Part shown: one piece after another, positions 9,836 to 18,914 of the stretch
Layout of the letters: each line of letters opens with the position of its first letter
Numbering within the stretch: position 1 is the first letter of the stretch
NCBI GenBank assembly: GCA_038248855.1
Contig: JBBRXA010000010.1
Location: forward strand, 1,315-65,314
Length of the DNA stretch: 64,000 bases
Source: Bacteroidales bacterium
GTDB taxonomy: Bacteria > Bacteroidota > Bacteroidia > Bacteroidales > VadinHA17
Direction: 5' to 3'
Position numbers and translations under genes: made by a program
The notes under the pieces: generated by a model
The model's database searches: none
The model's input: only the letters and a program-made list of their open reading frames with translations
What the model was told of the DNA's origin: nothing

Positions 9836-10296
9836 TGATATTTGCCGAGATACATACCCCCAAAGGGGTGATGAAGGCATCTCTCTATGACGATGATGCA
9901 CCCGGCACAGTAGAGAACTTTGTGACCCTGGCCAGAAAAGGTTACTATGACGGTCTGGCCTTTCACAGGGTAATTCCCGACTTTGTCATACAGGGAGGAT
10001 GTCCCTTCTCGAAGGATCTGAGTGATCCGCGTGTAGGTACAGGCGGTCCGGGCTACAAGATCAAATGTGAACTTACCGGCACCAGCCAGTACCATGACCG
10101 TGGCGTTCTCTCTATGGCCCATGCGGGAAGGGATACAGGCGGTTCACAGTTCTTCATATGTCACAGCCGCTCAAACACCAAACACCTCGACAGGCAGCAT
10201 ACCTGCTTTGGAAAAGTAACCGAAGGCGTCGAAGTGATTGATATGATAAGGGCCGGAGACAGGATCGACAGGATTGTAATAACCGAACAGGAATAA
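9835..10296 (+). CDS. cyclophilin-type peptidyl-prolyl isomerase
   Basis: FHRVIPDFVIQGG and LSMAHAGRDTGGSQFFI motifs. TAATG overlap with the upstream FKBP gene. Confidence 0.9.
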   Translation: MIFAEIHTPKGVMKASLYDDDAPGTVENFVTLARKGYYDGLAFHRVIPDFVIQGGCPFSKDLSDPRVGTGGPGYKIKCELTGTSQYHDRGVLSMAHAGRDTGGSQFFICHSRSNTKHLDRQHTCFGKVTEGVEVIDMIRAGDRIDRIVITEQE

Positions 10297-10679
10297 TGGA
10301 GTATCAGATCACAGGCAGGATTGCCGAGGTATACCAGATCATAAGGGTCAACGAGCGGTTCCGCAAACGCGAATTTGTTATCGAACACAAAGACGCGACC
10401 GGCGGACAGGCTTATGTGGACTTCATCAAGTTTCAGCTCACACAGGATAAGTGTGAGATAATTGATGAATCGTGGCTCCGTGAAGAGGTTACCGTAACAT
10501 TCAATATCAGGGGGAATAAGTGGGAAAAGAACGGGATGGTGAATTATATCACCAACCTTAACGCTCTTTCCGTTTCCCGGGGTATTTCAGCTTCCGAGAA
10601 CGGCCAGCAGGCCATTCGAAGCCCGAAGCTTGAGGATGCCCCGGCTCCGGACCCTGAACTTGACGACCTGCCGTTCTGA
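10296..10679 (+). CDS. DUF3127 family protein (OB-fold-like) with SSB-like C-terminal tail
   Basis: 127 aa. The N-terminal 100 aa match my memory of the DUF3127 pattern (..G.I......N..F.KREFVIE......). C-terminus is ...APAPDPELDDLPF. TAATG overlap with the cyclophilin gene. Confidence 0.55.
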   Translation: MEYQITGRIAEVYQIIRVNERFRKREFVIEHKDATGGQAYVDFIKFQLTQDKCEIIDESWLREEVTVTFNIRGNKWEKNGMVNYITNLNALSVSRGISASENGQQAIRSPKLEDAPAPDPELDDLPF

Positions 10680-10697
10680 ATTCATCCGATAAAAGTA

Positions 10698-10731
10698 AAA
10701 AGGCTGTCATAATCCGTTATGACGGCCTTTT
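10698..10731 (+). terminator. rho-independent terminator
   Basis: AAAAGGCTGTCATA / loop ATCCGT / TATGACGGCC hairpin followed by TTTT. Confidence 0.6.
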
Positions 10732-10736
10732 GCCTT

Positions 10737-10744
10737 TATATTTG
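10737..10744 (+). promoter_or_regulatory. -7 box (TATATTTG)
   Basis: TAnnTTTG match 19 nt upstream of ATG 10764. It supports the shorter dcp start. Confidence 0.45.
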
Positions 10745-10763
10745 TATCCAAACAGTTTCCCGG

Positions 10764-12809
10764 ATGAAAGATAAGACAAACCCGCTGTTAATTCCATGGT
10801 CGACACCTTTCGGGGTGGCGCCCTTCGGTTCAGTTAAGGCAGAACATTTCAAACCGGCAACAGAGCATGCCGTTGAAGTTGCCCTCAGAGAGATTAACGA
10901 AATAGTCTCGGGCAGTGAAGAACCTGATTTCGGGAACACAGTCGTGGCACTGGAAGATGCAGGCGAACTGCTGAACCGTATCACTCCTGTGCTCTTTAAC
11001 CTGAACAGCGCCGACACCACCCCTGAGCTCCAGGCAGCAGCACAGCAAGTCTCCCCTATCCTGACAAACTTTGCAAATGACATAACCCTTAACCCTGAAC
11101 TCTTCAGAAAAGTAAAAGCCGTTTATGATAAAAAAGAGACTCTGGGTCTGGACCCGGAACAAATGATACTTCTTGACCGTAAATACAAGGGCTTCGTCCG
11201 CGGCGGCGCCGCTCTGCCGGAAGCAGACAAGGAAGAATTTCGCACCATAACGGTGGAAATGTCAACCCTTTCACTGCAGTTTGAAGAGAATCTGCTCGCT
11301 GAAACAAACGATTTCACAATGCATCTGACAGATGCCCTGGAGCTTGCAGGACTTCCTGAGAATGTTCAGGATGCTGCCGTTATTGCCGCAAAAGAGAAAA
11401 ACCTGGAGGGGTGGCTCTTCACCCTTCACGCTCCCAGTTATATACCCTTCATGCAGTATTCTGACCGCCGTGATCTACGTGAGAAAATGTTCAGGGCATA
11501 CACAATGCGTGCCTTCCGTGGCAATGAACGTGATAACAGAAATCTCGTCTCCCGCCTGTCGGAACTGCGTCTGAGAATGGCTAAACTGCTAGGTTACCCT
11601 GACTTCGCATCTTATGCCCTCGAAGAACGGATGGCCTTCACGCCTGAGAAAGTAAAGATCTTCCTTGAAGATCTCCTGAATTCCTCCAGAGCTGCCGGAC
11701 AACGTGATGTGGCTGATATAGAATCCTTTGCACACTCCAACGGGCATCAGGGCAGGATTGAACGATGGGATTGGGCCTATTACTCCGAAAAACTGAAGAT
11801 GAAGCGGTACAGCATCGATGATGAGGCGTTGAGACCGTTCATGCCGCTTGAGAAAGTTCAGGAAGCTGTGCTTGGTCTTGCAACAAAACTGTACGGAGTA
11901 GCATTCATTGAAAATAAAGACATTCCTGTTTATCATCCTGATGTGACAGCCCATGAGGTGCATGACGGCGCCAGGGGTGTCACGGCCATCCTGATGCTCG
12001 ACTTCCATCCCCGCAAGGGCAAGGGGGGAGGCGCATGGATGACCGGCTACCGCGAACAGCGCAAAGAGGGAGGCAGGAGAATCATTCCTGTTGTTTCACT
12101 TGTAATGAACTTCACCCGTTCCACCCCTGCCAGACCGGCACTGCTTTCACACAGTGAGCTCACCACCTTCCTCCATGAATTCGGTCACGCTCTGCACGGG
12201 ATGCTTACCGACTGCACATATGAGAGCCTGTCAGGGACCAATGTGAAGCGTGACTTCGTGGAACTCCCATCGCAGATAATGGAGAACTGGGCGTGGGAAA
12301 AAGAGTGGCTTGACATGTGGGCGTCACACTATAAGACCGGGGAAAAGATCCCTGCAGACATCCTTGTAAAACTTAAGGAATCACTGACCTACAACGAGGG
12401 GTATGCAAGTATGAGACAGCTGAGTTTCGGATTTCTCGACATGGCATGGCATACATTGAAAGAGCCGTTCAGCGGTGACATTGCATCATTTGAACGTGCC
12501 GCCATGGTTGACTCCGAATTGCTTCCGCCGGTCGGGGGAGCCTGCATGAGCGTCTCCTTCGGGCATCTCTTCTCCGGAGGTTATGCAGCAGGATATTACG
12601 GTTACAAGTGGGCAGAGGTGCTTGACGCTGACGCTTTCAGCCTATTCAGGGAAAAGGGGATCTTCGACCCTGAAACCGCATCGTCATTCCGCACCCACAT
12701 ACTTGAGAAAGGCGGCAGCAGGGAACCTGATGAGCTCTTCAGGGCATTCCGTGGCAGAGAGCCGTCGATAGATGCATTGATAGAGCGGTGCGGTTTCAGC
12801 AAAGACTGA
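10764..12809 (+). CDS. dcp: M3 family peptidyl-dipeptidase
   Basis: FLHEFGHALHG zinc motif, and length and pattern typical of Dcp/oligopeptidase A. The track start at 10719 would lie inside the terminator hairpin. Confidence 0.9.
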   Translation: MKDKTNPLLIPWSTPFGVAPFGSVKAEHFKPATEHAVEVALREINEIVSGSEEPDFGNTVVALEDAGELLNRITPVLFNLNSADTTPELQAAAQQVSPILTNFANDITLNPELFRKVKAVYDKKETLGLDPEQMILLDRKYKGFVRGGAALPEADKEEFRTITVEMSTLSLQFEENLLAETNDFTMHLTDALELAGLPENVQDAAVIAAKEKNLEGWLFTLHAPSYIPFMQYSDRRDLREKMFRAYTMRAFRGNERDNRNLVSRLSELRLRMAKLLGYPDFASYALEERMAFTPEKVKIFLEDLLNSSRAAGQRDVADIESFAHSNGHQGRIERWDWAYYSEKLKMKRYSIDDEALRPFMPLEKVQEAVLGLATKLYGVAFIENKDIPVYHPDVTAHEVHDGARGVTAILMLDFHPRKGKGGGAWMTGYREQRKEGGRRIIPVVSLVMNFTRSTPARPALLSHSELTTFLHEFGHALHGMLTDCTYESLSGTNVKRDFVELPSQIMENWAWEKEWLDMWASHYKTGEKIPADILVKLKESLTYNEGYASMRQLSFGFLDMAWHTLKEPFSGDIASFERAAMVDSELLPPVGGACMSVSFGHLFSGGYAAGYYGYKWAEVLDADAFSLFREKGIFDPETASSFRTHILEKGGSREPDELFRAFRGREPSIDALIERCGFSKD

Positions 12810-12833
12810 AACAGAATAATCACGCATTAAAAA

Positions 12834-12860
12834 AGAGAGTATCCTCACCGGATACTCTCT
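12834..12860. terminator. bidirectional hairpin between convergent genes
   Basis: AGAGAGTATCC / loop TCACC / GGATACTCTCT, a perfect 11-bp stem flanked by an A-run and TT. Confidence 0.5.
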
Positions 12861-12901
12861 TAAACCAACCTAAATTCCACCCCGAAGGGCAAATAATATT
12901 A

Positions 12902-13741
12902 TCAGAGTGCCGTGAATACTCTCACCGATGAATTTGGTGAGGCTACAGCCCTGAATCCCGCCATTGTATGATGATACCTGCGGCCGATAAAAAGTGTTGA
13001 AGTAGCTGTATACGCTGCAAAGGCTCCGCCGGCACCCATAACCTGAAGGTCCCCGATGACTGTTCCGCCGTCGTCCACTTCCTTGATCTTAAAAGTGATA
13101 AGCCGCGAGCCTGATGAAATCAGGTCAGTTTTCACAACTGTGATCTTCTCCCATCCTGTGGATTCACCGAAACCAACCGGGGTACCGATGTTAACAAGTG
13201 CGCTGGTGCGCGTATTAACATACTGGTACTGCAGTTTCTTTGTAGTTGGAACACCTGCAGATTCATACAGGAAATTGTAGAATTTGACCCAGGCTGTTGA
13301 ATCGGTAACATCAGTCAAATTGGCTACATAGGGATAACCGTTGTCAAACACTTTTGGTACCTGTGCAAAGTCATGTACAAACAAATTCTGTTTGCCTGCT
13401 GTAAGCGTTACGCTCTGGTCATAGACAAGCACATCCATATCTGTCCCCTGGTACATCTTAATATTGACGGTACCCGGATTCACTGTATAGAATCTGCCTA
13501 CCCCACCGCTGGGAATGGCATTGTAGGTATTCAGAGGGGCCTTGTTGTTGGAATATAACTGATTGTTTATCTCAACCTTGGTTATATTATTGGCAGCGAC
13601 GGCAGTAACCGGCACAATGTAATGCAGCTGGAACTCAGCCACTTCCCCGATGGTTGTGGCGTCGTATGTAATCTCGTGCTTTTCGCAAGAAACCATCAGG
13701 ATCACTGCCAGAATCAGACTTAAGTATTTTATGATTTTCAT
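12902..13741 (-). CDS. PUL-associated surface lipoprotein, unknown function
   Basis: Lipobox LMVSC. It lies directly downstream of SusD, the position typical of SGBP-like accessory binding proteins. Confidence 0.55.
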   Translation of the reverse strand: MKIIKYLSLILAVILMVSCEKHEITYDATTIGEVAEFQLHYIVPVTAVAANNITKVEINNQLYSNNKAPLNTYNAIPSGGVGRFYTVNPGTVNIKMYQGTDMDVLVYDQSVTLTAGKQNLFVHDFAQVPKVFDNGYPYVANLTDVTDSTAWVKFYNFLYESAGVPTTKKLQYQYVNTRTSALVNIGTPVGFGESTGWEKITVVKTDLISSGSRLITFKIKEVDDGGTVIGDLQVMGAGGAFAAYTATSTLFIGRRYHHTMAGFRAVASPNSSVRVFTAL

Positions 13742-13764
13742 AATTGTTGATTTTTAATTTGCAA

Positions 13765-15684
13765 TTACTTGGTTGGCATATCACCCGGATAGGCAAACCA
13801 GGGTATTGAGGTCTGGTAGTTGGGGGCCATTCCGGAAATCGGCTTCAAAGCTTCAAGAGATGGTTTGTTCCACATGTACTCCGAGTTGTAGCGCGGGCGT
13901 ATCCTGTAGGAGGGTGAACCCTCGTTGAAAGTGTTGTAGGCTGATTTACGGCCCTGTACCTGTGCAGGCGCCAGGTAAAGGCCTTTGTAAACCTTGTCCG
14001 GATCTGTATCCCATTTCATGGTTACCGTGGAGAGATCCCAGCCATTACCGCTTGAAGGATAGTCACCGGTATATTCGATGTCATAGTGGTATTTCCTCAT
14101 ATCAACCCATGCTTCAGTTGCTCCCCACGGATAGAGTGCAACCCATTTCTGCATCATGATGTGTGACAGGGTGAAATCAGCTTCTGTAAGAAGGTCAACA
14201 TATGGCCCGGCTGCATATTCAGCAGCCATCGTCGTAAAGACTGCCTTCGTGAGTTTGTCGCCACCGGAAACTCCAAGGGTAGTCTGGACACCGTCAACAA
14301 TCTTACCCTGTTTCCCGGTTAATATATAGTTGCCTGTAAAATCCAGGTCCGCCTTGACTCCGTCTCTGAGGGCCTGAAGTGATTCGGTCTTACGGTCAAG
14401 CTTCCAGAGTGCTTCCGACAGGCAGAACTTGAGTTCGGCATATGTCATCAGGATATATGGAGCGTCATCACGGTAGATCCAGCGGCCTATTCCGTCATGG
14501 GCTGCATCGTTGGTGCTGGTGGCAGCCGAGATCGAGTTGCGTCCGTAGAATGATGGTGTGGTACCGATGGGGCCCGTCAGGCCTGTAAAGGAACCTCCGT
14601 AATACTTGCGTTTCTTGATTGCATAGGCATTATCAAGATTTGTATAGGCCGGATCATCAACGGTGGCAAGCTTCACAGCAACACGCGGGTCATAGTGACC
14701 AGGTACTGTTATGATTGTGTCGGTCACAATCTGCTTTGCAGCCAGCTGATACGGGTAATATGTGTTCCCTGTAACAGGGGTCTTGTTTCCTGTTGCCTGA
14801 TCATACTCCGGCACGGTGCCCGTGAATACCTGAACAGCATACTCGTGCTGCCAGTAGGAGCGCGAAAGGTTAACCCGGCTGGTGCCCCAGAAGTTGTTGT
14901 ATCCGCTCTGGGCTGCGGCCGCACTACCTCCGGCAACCCTTACAGTTGCATTGTCAGCATTCGAAGCAAACGACTTGGAAGCTGCGTCAAGGAGCTCGGT
15001 TGCATAAGCCGTGCTGAAATCACTCTTGTTCGTGAGAGAGGTCAGGTTGCGTACAATAACTCCGTAGGCAAATTTCTTCCACCTCTCAGGATCACCTCCG
15101 TAGATGAAGTCGTTGGCGCTGATTTTGGTACCGTAGTTGGTGGCATCAGTCATTGAAAGATATTCAATAGCCTTGTTTGCCCAGCCGCGAACCGCAGAAT
15201 AGATCGTGTCCTGGTAGTCATAATCGTGTGCAAGCAGTCCCGGCACAAATGCATCCTTGAGGATGAGTTCGCCGTGCAGCTTGGTAATCTGGTCCCAGGA
15301 ATAGGCCTTGATAGCATAACCTATTCCGGCAAGCGTCCAGTTTTCTGCCGCAACTGACTGGTTTATCATGTTCTCGAGGTTCATTCCGTGGAGCCAGTAG
15401 ACAACACGCCATATCTCACCGCCGGCATCACTTCCGGAATAGTAATAGTGACTTGCAAAGTTTGCATAGCCAGAGGTACCCATCATCTGGGTGAGCGGAC
15501 CGGTGGCACGGATGTCCCAGTACATGCCCTGATATTGCTGGATGATCCCTGCAAGGTACAGATAACCTTCCACCTGGTCCGGAGCATCCACGTTTTTGTT
15601 GACATCTAGATACTCTTCACAACTTGTCGTCATGAACATGAACGATGCCAGCAAAAGAACGGAAATTGATATCTTTTTTATCAT
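13765..15684 (-). CDS. SusD/RagB family nutrient-binding outer-membrane lipoprotein
   Basis: N-terminus with lipobox then ..TTSCEEYLDVNKNVDAPD, characteristic of SusD-like proteins. Sits immediately downstream of SusC. Confidence 0.9.
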   Translation of the reverse strand: MIKKISISVLLLASFMFMTTSCEEYLDVNKNVDAPDQVEGYLYLAGIIQQYQGMYWDIRATGPLTQMMGTSGYANFASHYYYSGSDAGGEIWRVVYWLHGMNLENMINQSVAAENWTLAGIGYAIKAYSWDQITKLHGELILKDAFVPGLLAHDYDYQDTIYSAVRGWANKAIEYLSMTDATNYGTKISANDFIYGGDPERWKKFAYGVIVRNLTSLTNKSDFSTAYATELLDAASKSFASNADNATVRVAGGSAAAAQSGYNNFWGTSRVNLSRSYWQHEYAVQVFTGTVPEYDQATGNKTPVTGNTYYPYQLAAKQIVTDTIITVPGHYDPRVAVKLATVDDPAYTNLDNAYAIKKRKYYGGSFTGLTGPIGTTPSFYGRNSISAATSTNDAAHDGIGRWIYRDDAPYILMTYAELKFCLSEALWKLDRKTESLQALRDGVKADLDFTGNYILTGKQGKIVDGVQTTLGVSGGDKLTKAVFTTMAAEYAAGPYVDLLTEADFTLSHIMMQKWVALYPWGATEAWVDMRKYHYDIEYTGDYPSSGNGWDLSTVTMKWDTDPDKVYKGLYLAPAQVQGRKSAYNTFNEGSPSYRIRPRYNSEYMWNKPSLEALKPISGMAPNYQTSIPWFAYPGDMPTK

Positions 15685-15709
15685 TGTTTCAGTTTTTTTG
15701 TATTATCAA

Positions 15710-18700
15710 TTATTTGAAAGTCACACTTAGACCGATCGAGTAACCTCGCGGGTTGGGCAGTGCCCAGACATCGATACCTTCACCGCCGGTACCGCCTGCA
15801 GCTGCAGACGTTGTATTTCCAACGGCATCAATGCCTGAATAGTTAGTCCAGACAGCAAGGTCATTACCTGTTACGAACAGGCTGGCCTGGGACAGGATTG
15901 CTGTCTTTGCGAGCCATTTCGAAGGCAGGTTGTATGAGAGGCGCAGCTCCTGCAGACGCAGGTAGTTAACATCCTTTTCAATCCAGTCCTCATCATTCCC
16001 TGTATATATTGAAGGGAAGAGGTTATAATCAACTGCTATATTATTTTTGGTGGGATTGGCTGTGTTTTCATTGCCATCCTGCAGTACGCCGTCAAACACC
16101 TGAGGCTGGCTTTCACGCAGATTCACCGACTCCCAACTGAGGCCCTCCTGCATCATATAACGCTTGGTACCATTTACAACTGTTGCCTTGTACCGTCCGG
16201 AAAACATTGCTGAAAGACGCAGTCCCTTGTAGCTCATTGAAGAGGTTACCCCGTAGCGGAGTTTTGGTTCACGGTCGCCCAGAACGCTCCACACACCACT
16301 GACAACCGGCAGACCCGATGTTGGACTGATGAGCACATCACCCGCCTCATTGCGAAGGAATGCGCGACCCGTAATTGTCGTTACCGGATAGCCGAGCATG
16401 ATACCGTTGCGGATGTTCCCTGAGTTCCAGGTGTAAGGGTTGTAATATTCAGTAACGTTAGTAGGAAGGTAGGTCACTTCAGACTCTGTATGTGAAGCAT
16501 TGAACCCGATGTTCCAACGCAGGCCGTTACCCATGCGAAGGACATCACCGTCAACGTGCAGTTCCCATCCCTCTGTCTTGAATGTACCTACGTTCATGTT
16601 GTTCAGAACGAACCCGGTTCCGTAGCTGAGACGGAAACCCTTCACGATCTGGTCATCACAGTGTGTCCAGAAGTAGGTGAAGTCGGCATTTAACCTGTCA
16701 TCAAGAAAACGACCTTCAAAGCCTACCTCTTTTGAGGTGGTGATCTCAGGCCTCAGGTTCCTGTTCGGACCTGTGAAACCATACTTGTAACCTCCGCCGG
16801 TAAGGTAAGTGGGCTCCAGCTGCGGGTCTATCTCTAGCGGACCGGCATCCTTACCTACCTGTGCTATCGACCCGCGAAGCTTCAGGTAGTTTACAAATTT
16901 GTTATCCTGAATGAAAGGCAGTTCGGTAACAATGAATGATCCCTCAATTGCCGGGTAGAAGTAACGATTGTTTGCAACAGGAAGCGTTGATGACCAGTCG
17001 TTCCTTGCACGCAATGTTATATATGCCATCTGGTTATACCCCAGTTCAAGCTGGCCGGACAGAGCCTGAATCCTTCTCTTGGTGTGACGCTGTGATGAGC
17101 TGATTGACAGCGGATCGCAGTTGTTAATCGACTGAAAGTCCACCACTGCAAACTTTGTACCGTATGTACTCAGGCGGGTGACACCGTTCTCAAGCTGGTG
17201 GTATCCGAACTGTGCTGATACTGACAGTTTATCATCCAGGAACTCATTGGTATATCCTGCAAGTACGTTCAGGGTCGGATCCGAGAAGTTTGACTTTGAA
17301 ATGTTGTATATCCCGGTTCCATCCTGGTAAGTGTCATAATATGGGTGCCTGGTGGCAATATATGTCTGCATACCTACGTCCCAGCCAACCTGCGCACGGA
17401 CGAACGTATGCTCAACCGGTACCAGTGTTGCTGACACGTTGGAGATGAGACGGTCAGAGTCATCAAACAGTTTGTTCTTGTAAAGACCGAAAAGAGGGTT
17501 GATCAGGTCACCGTCAAGATAGTAGTTCGGTGTGCTCATATGTGATCCGTCAGGAGCGAGCCAAACCGACATGTCGTCAACCATCGGCCAGCGCATTGCC
17601 CTGTAAAGAGGCCCGTCTGTTCCGAGGGGAACCTTGTTGTTTTCGGTGGCTACATATTGCATTGAAGATTCCACGGTAAGCCATTTCGTTACCTCAGCTT
17701 TTCCGGAGAGGGAAAGGTTAAACCTGTTATAGTCAGAAGTTTTTATTACACCCTGCTGATCCAGCGTGGATGCTGAGGCGCGGAGTGTAACCTTGTCTGA
17801 TCCGCCTTCAACCGAGATGTTGTGCCTCATGGTGATGCCGGTCTGCAGCACCGCGTCAATATTGTCGTAAAGGGTCATACCCTCTATATACTCACCGCCG
17901 AAACGTGTTAGATAATAGTAGTTTGTTGTTCCATAGTAACCGCTGGTGTATTTGTCCTGCAATTCGGGAATGCCATATGCATCATCCCACCTGAACGAAT
18001 TGCTGTAGGAGACTTTGCCTCTGCCTGGCTGGCCCTTCTTGGTAGTAATGATAATCGCTCCGTTTGAGGCATCGGAACCGTAGAGAGCTGCAGCAGCAGC
18101 GCCCTTGAGAACGGTCATTGATTCAATGTCATCCGGGTTGAAGTCGTTTCCGCGCGATGCGAAGTCGAGGTTACGTACCGAGAAGTTGACTCCGGCATCT
18201 GCCATCGACAGCGGGTCAAACGTCGAGTTGTTCATCGGAATACCGTCGACAACATAGAGCGGCTGGTTGTTGCCTGATATTGAGGTGATACTCCTCAAAA
18301 CCACGGAGGTTGAAGAACCGGGGGCACCGCTGGTGCTTCCGACGTTCATACCTGCAACGCGCCCCTGAAGGGCCGTTATGAAGTTGTCACGCCCTGACTC
18401 GATAATGTCAGTGGCCTTTATGTTCTGAACCGATGAACCGACAGCCCTTGAAACACGTTTCATTCCGAATTCTGCGGTTACAACTACATCTTCGACATTG
18501 ATGACATCCGGATTCATCCGGGCATCATAGCGGTTGGAAGTTCCAACCGTAATTTCAAGGTCGGAGTAACCGAGATAGGTAAACACCAGAACCTGACCTG
18601 CCGGAACACTGATCGAATAAAATCCGCTTCCGTCTGTGCTTGTACCGGTTGTGGTGTTCTTGATGATCACATTGACCCCCGGCAACGTTTCATTGGTGCC

Positions 18701-18802
18701 CGCGTCAGTGACGTACCCTGTTACGGTCTTGGGTTGAGCATAAGTGCTTTGGGAAAGCATCAGGCCCAAGACCGCAAACAATGTTAATAGAATTGTTCTC
18801 AT
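15710..18802 (-). CDS. SusC/RagA family TonB-dependent outer-membrane transporter
   Basis: 1030 aa. N-terminal CarboxypepD_reg-like domain (VTGYVTDAGTNETLPGVNVIIKNTTTGTSTDGSGFYSI), plug domain, C-terminal ...SIGLSVTFK barrel end. No STN domain. Confidence 0.95.
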   Translation of the reverse strand: MRTILLTLFAVLGLMLSQSTYAQPKTVTGYVTDAGTNETLPGVNVIIKNTTTGTSTDGSGFYSISVPAGQVLVFTYLGYSDLEITVGTSNRYDARMNPDVINVEDVVVTAEFGMKRVSRAVGSSVQNIKATDIIESGRDNFITALQGRVAGMNVGSTSGAPGSSTSVVLRSITSISGNNQPLYVVDGIPMNNSTFDPLSMADAGVNFSVRNLDFASRGNDFNPDDIESMTVLKGAAAAALYGSDASNGAIIITTKKGQPGRGKVSYSNSFRWDDAYGIPELQDKYTSGYYGTTNYYYLTRFGGEYIEGMTLYDNIDAVLQTGITMRHNISVEGGSDKVTLRASASTLDQQGVIKTSDYNRFNLSLSGKAEVTKWLTVESSMQYVATENNKVPLGTDGPLYRAMRWPMVDDMSVWLAPDGSHMSTPNYYLDGDLINPLFGLYKNKLFDDSDRLISNVSATLVPVEHTFVRAQVGWDVGMQTYIATRHPYYDTYQDGTGIYNISKSNFSDPTLNVLAGYTNEFLDDKLSVSAQFGYHQLENGVTRLSTYGTKFAVVDFQSINNCDPLSISSSQRHTKRRIQALSGQLELGYNQMAYITLRARNDWSSTLPVANNRYFYPAIEGSFIVTELPFIQDNKFVNYLKLRGSIAQVGKDAGPLEIDPQLEPTYLTGGGYKYGFTGPNRNLRPEITTSKEVGFEGRFLDDRLNADFTYFWTHCDDQIVKGFRLSYGTGFVLNNMNVGTFKTEGWELHVDGDVLRMGNGLRWNIGFNASHTESEVTYLPTNVTEYYNPYTWNSGNIRNGIMLGYPVTTITGRAFLRNEAGDVLISPTSGLPVVSGVWSVLGDREPKLRYGVTSSMSYKGLRLSAMFSGRYKATVVNGTKRYMMQEGLSWESVNLRESQPQVFDGVLQDGNENTANPTKNNIAVDYNLFPSIYTGNDEDWIEKDVNYLRLQELRLSYNLPSKWLAKTAILSQASLFVTGNDLAVWTNYSGIDAVGNTTSAAAGGTGGEGIDVWALPNPRGYSIGLSVTFK

Positions 18803-18914
18803 TTGATTGGTTTTAGGGTTAAATGATAGTTAGGTTATATTATTGTGGTTTTAGAAACTCGGACTTTCTTTAAGAGCAAGATAAAGACTTTTTCTGTATG
18901 ATGTATTACAACTA

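Noticed and set aside
8392-10296. Three consecutive prolyl isomerases as an unusual system
   Set aside because: To my knowledge FKBP-FKBP-cyclophilin clusters are common housekeeping arrangements in Bacteroidetes. Only the attached DUF3127 tail seemed worth reporting.
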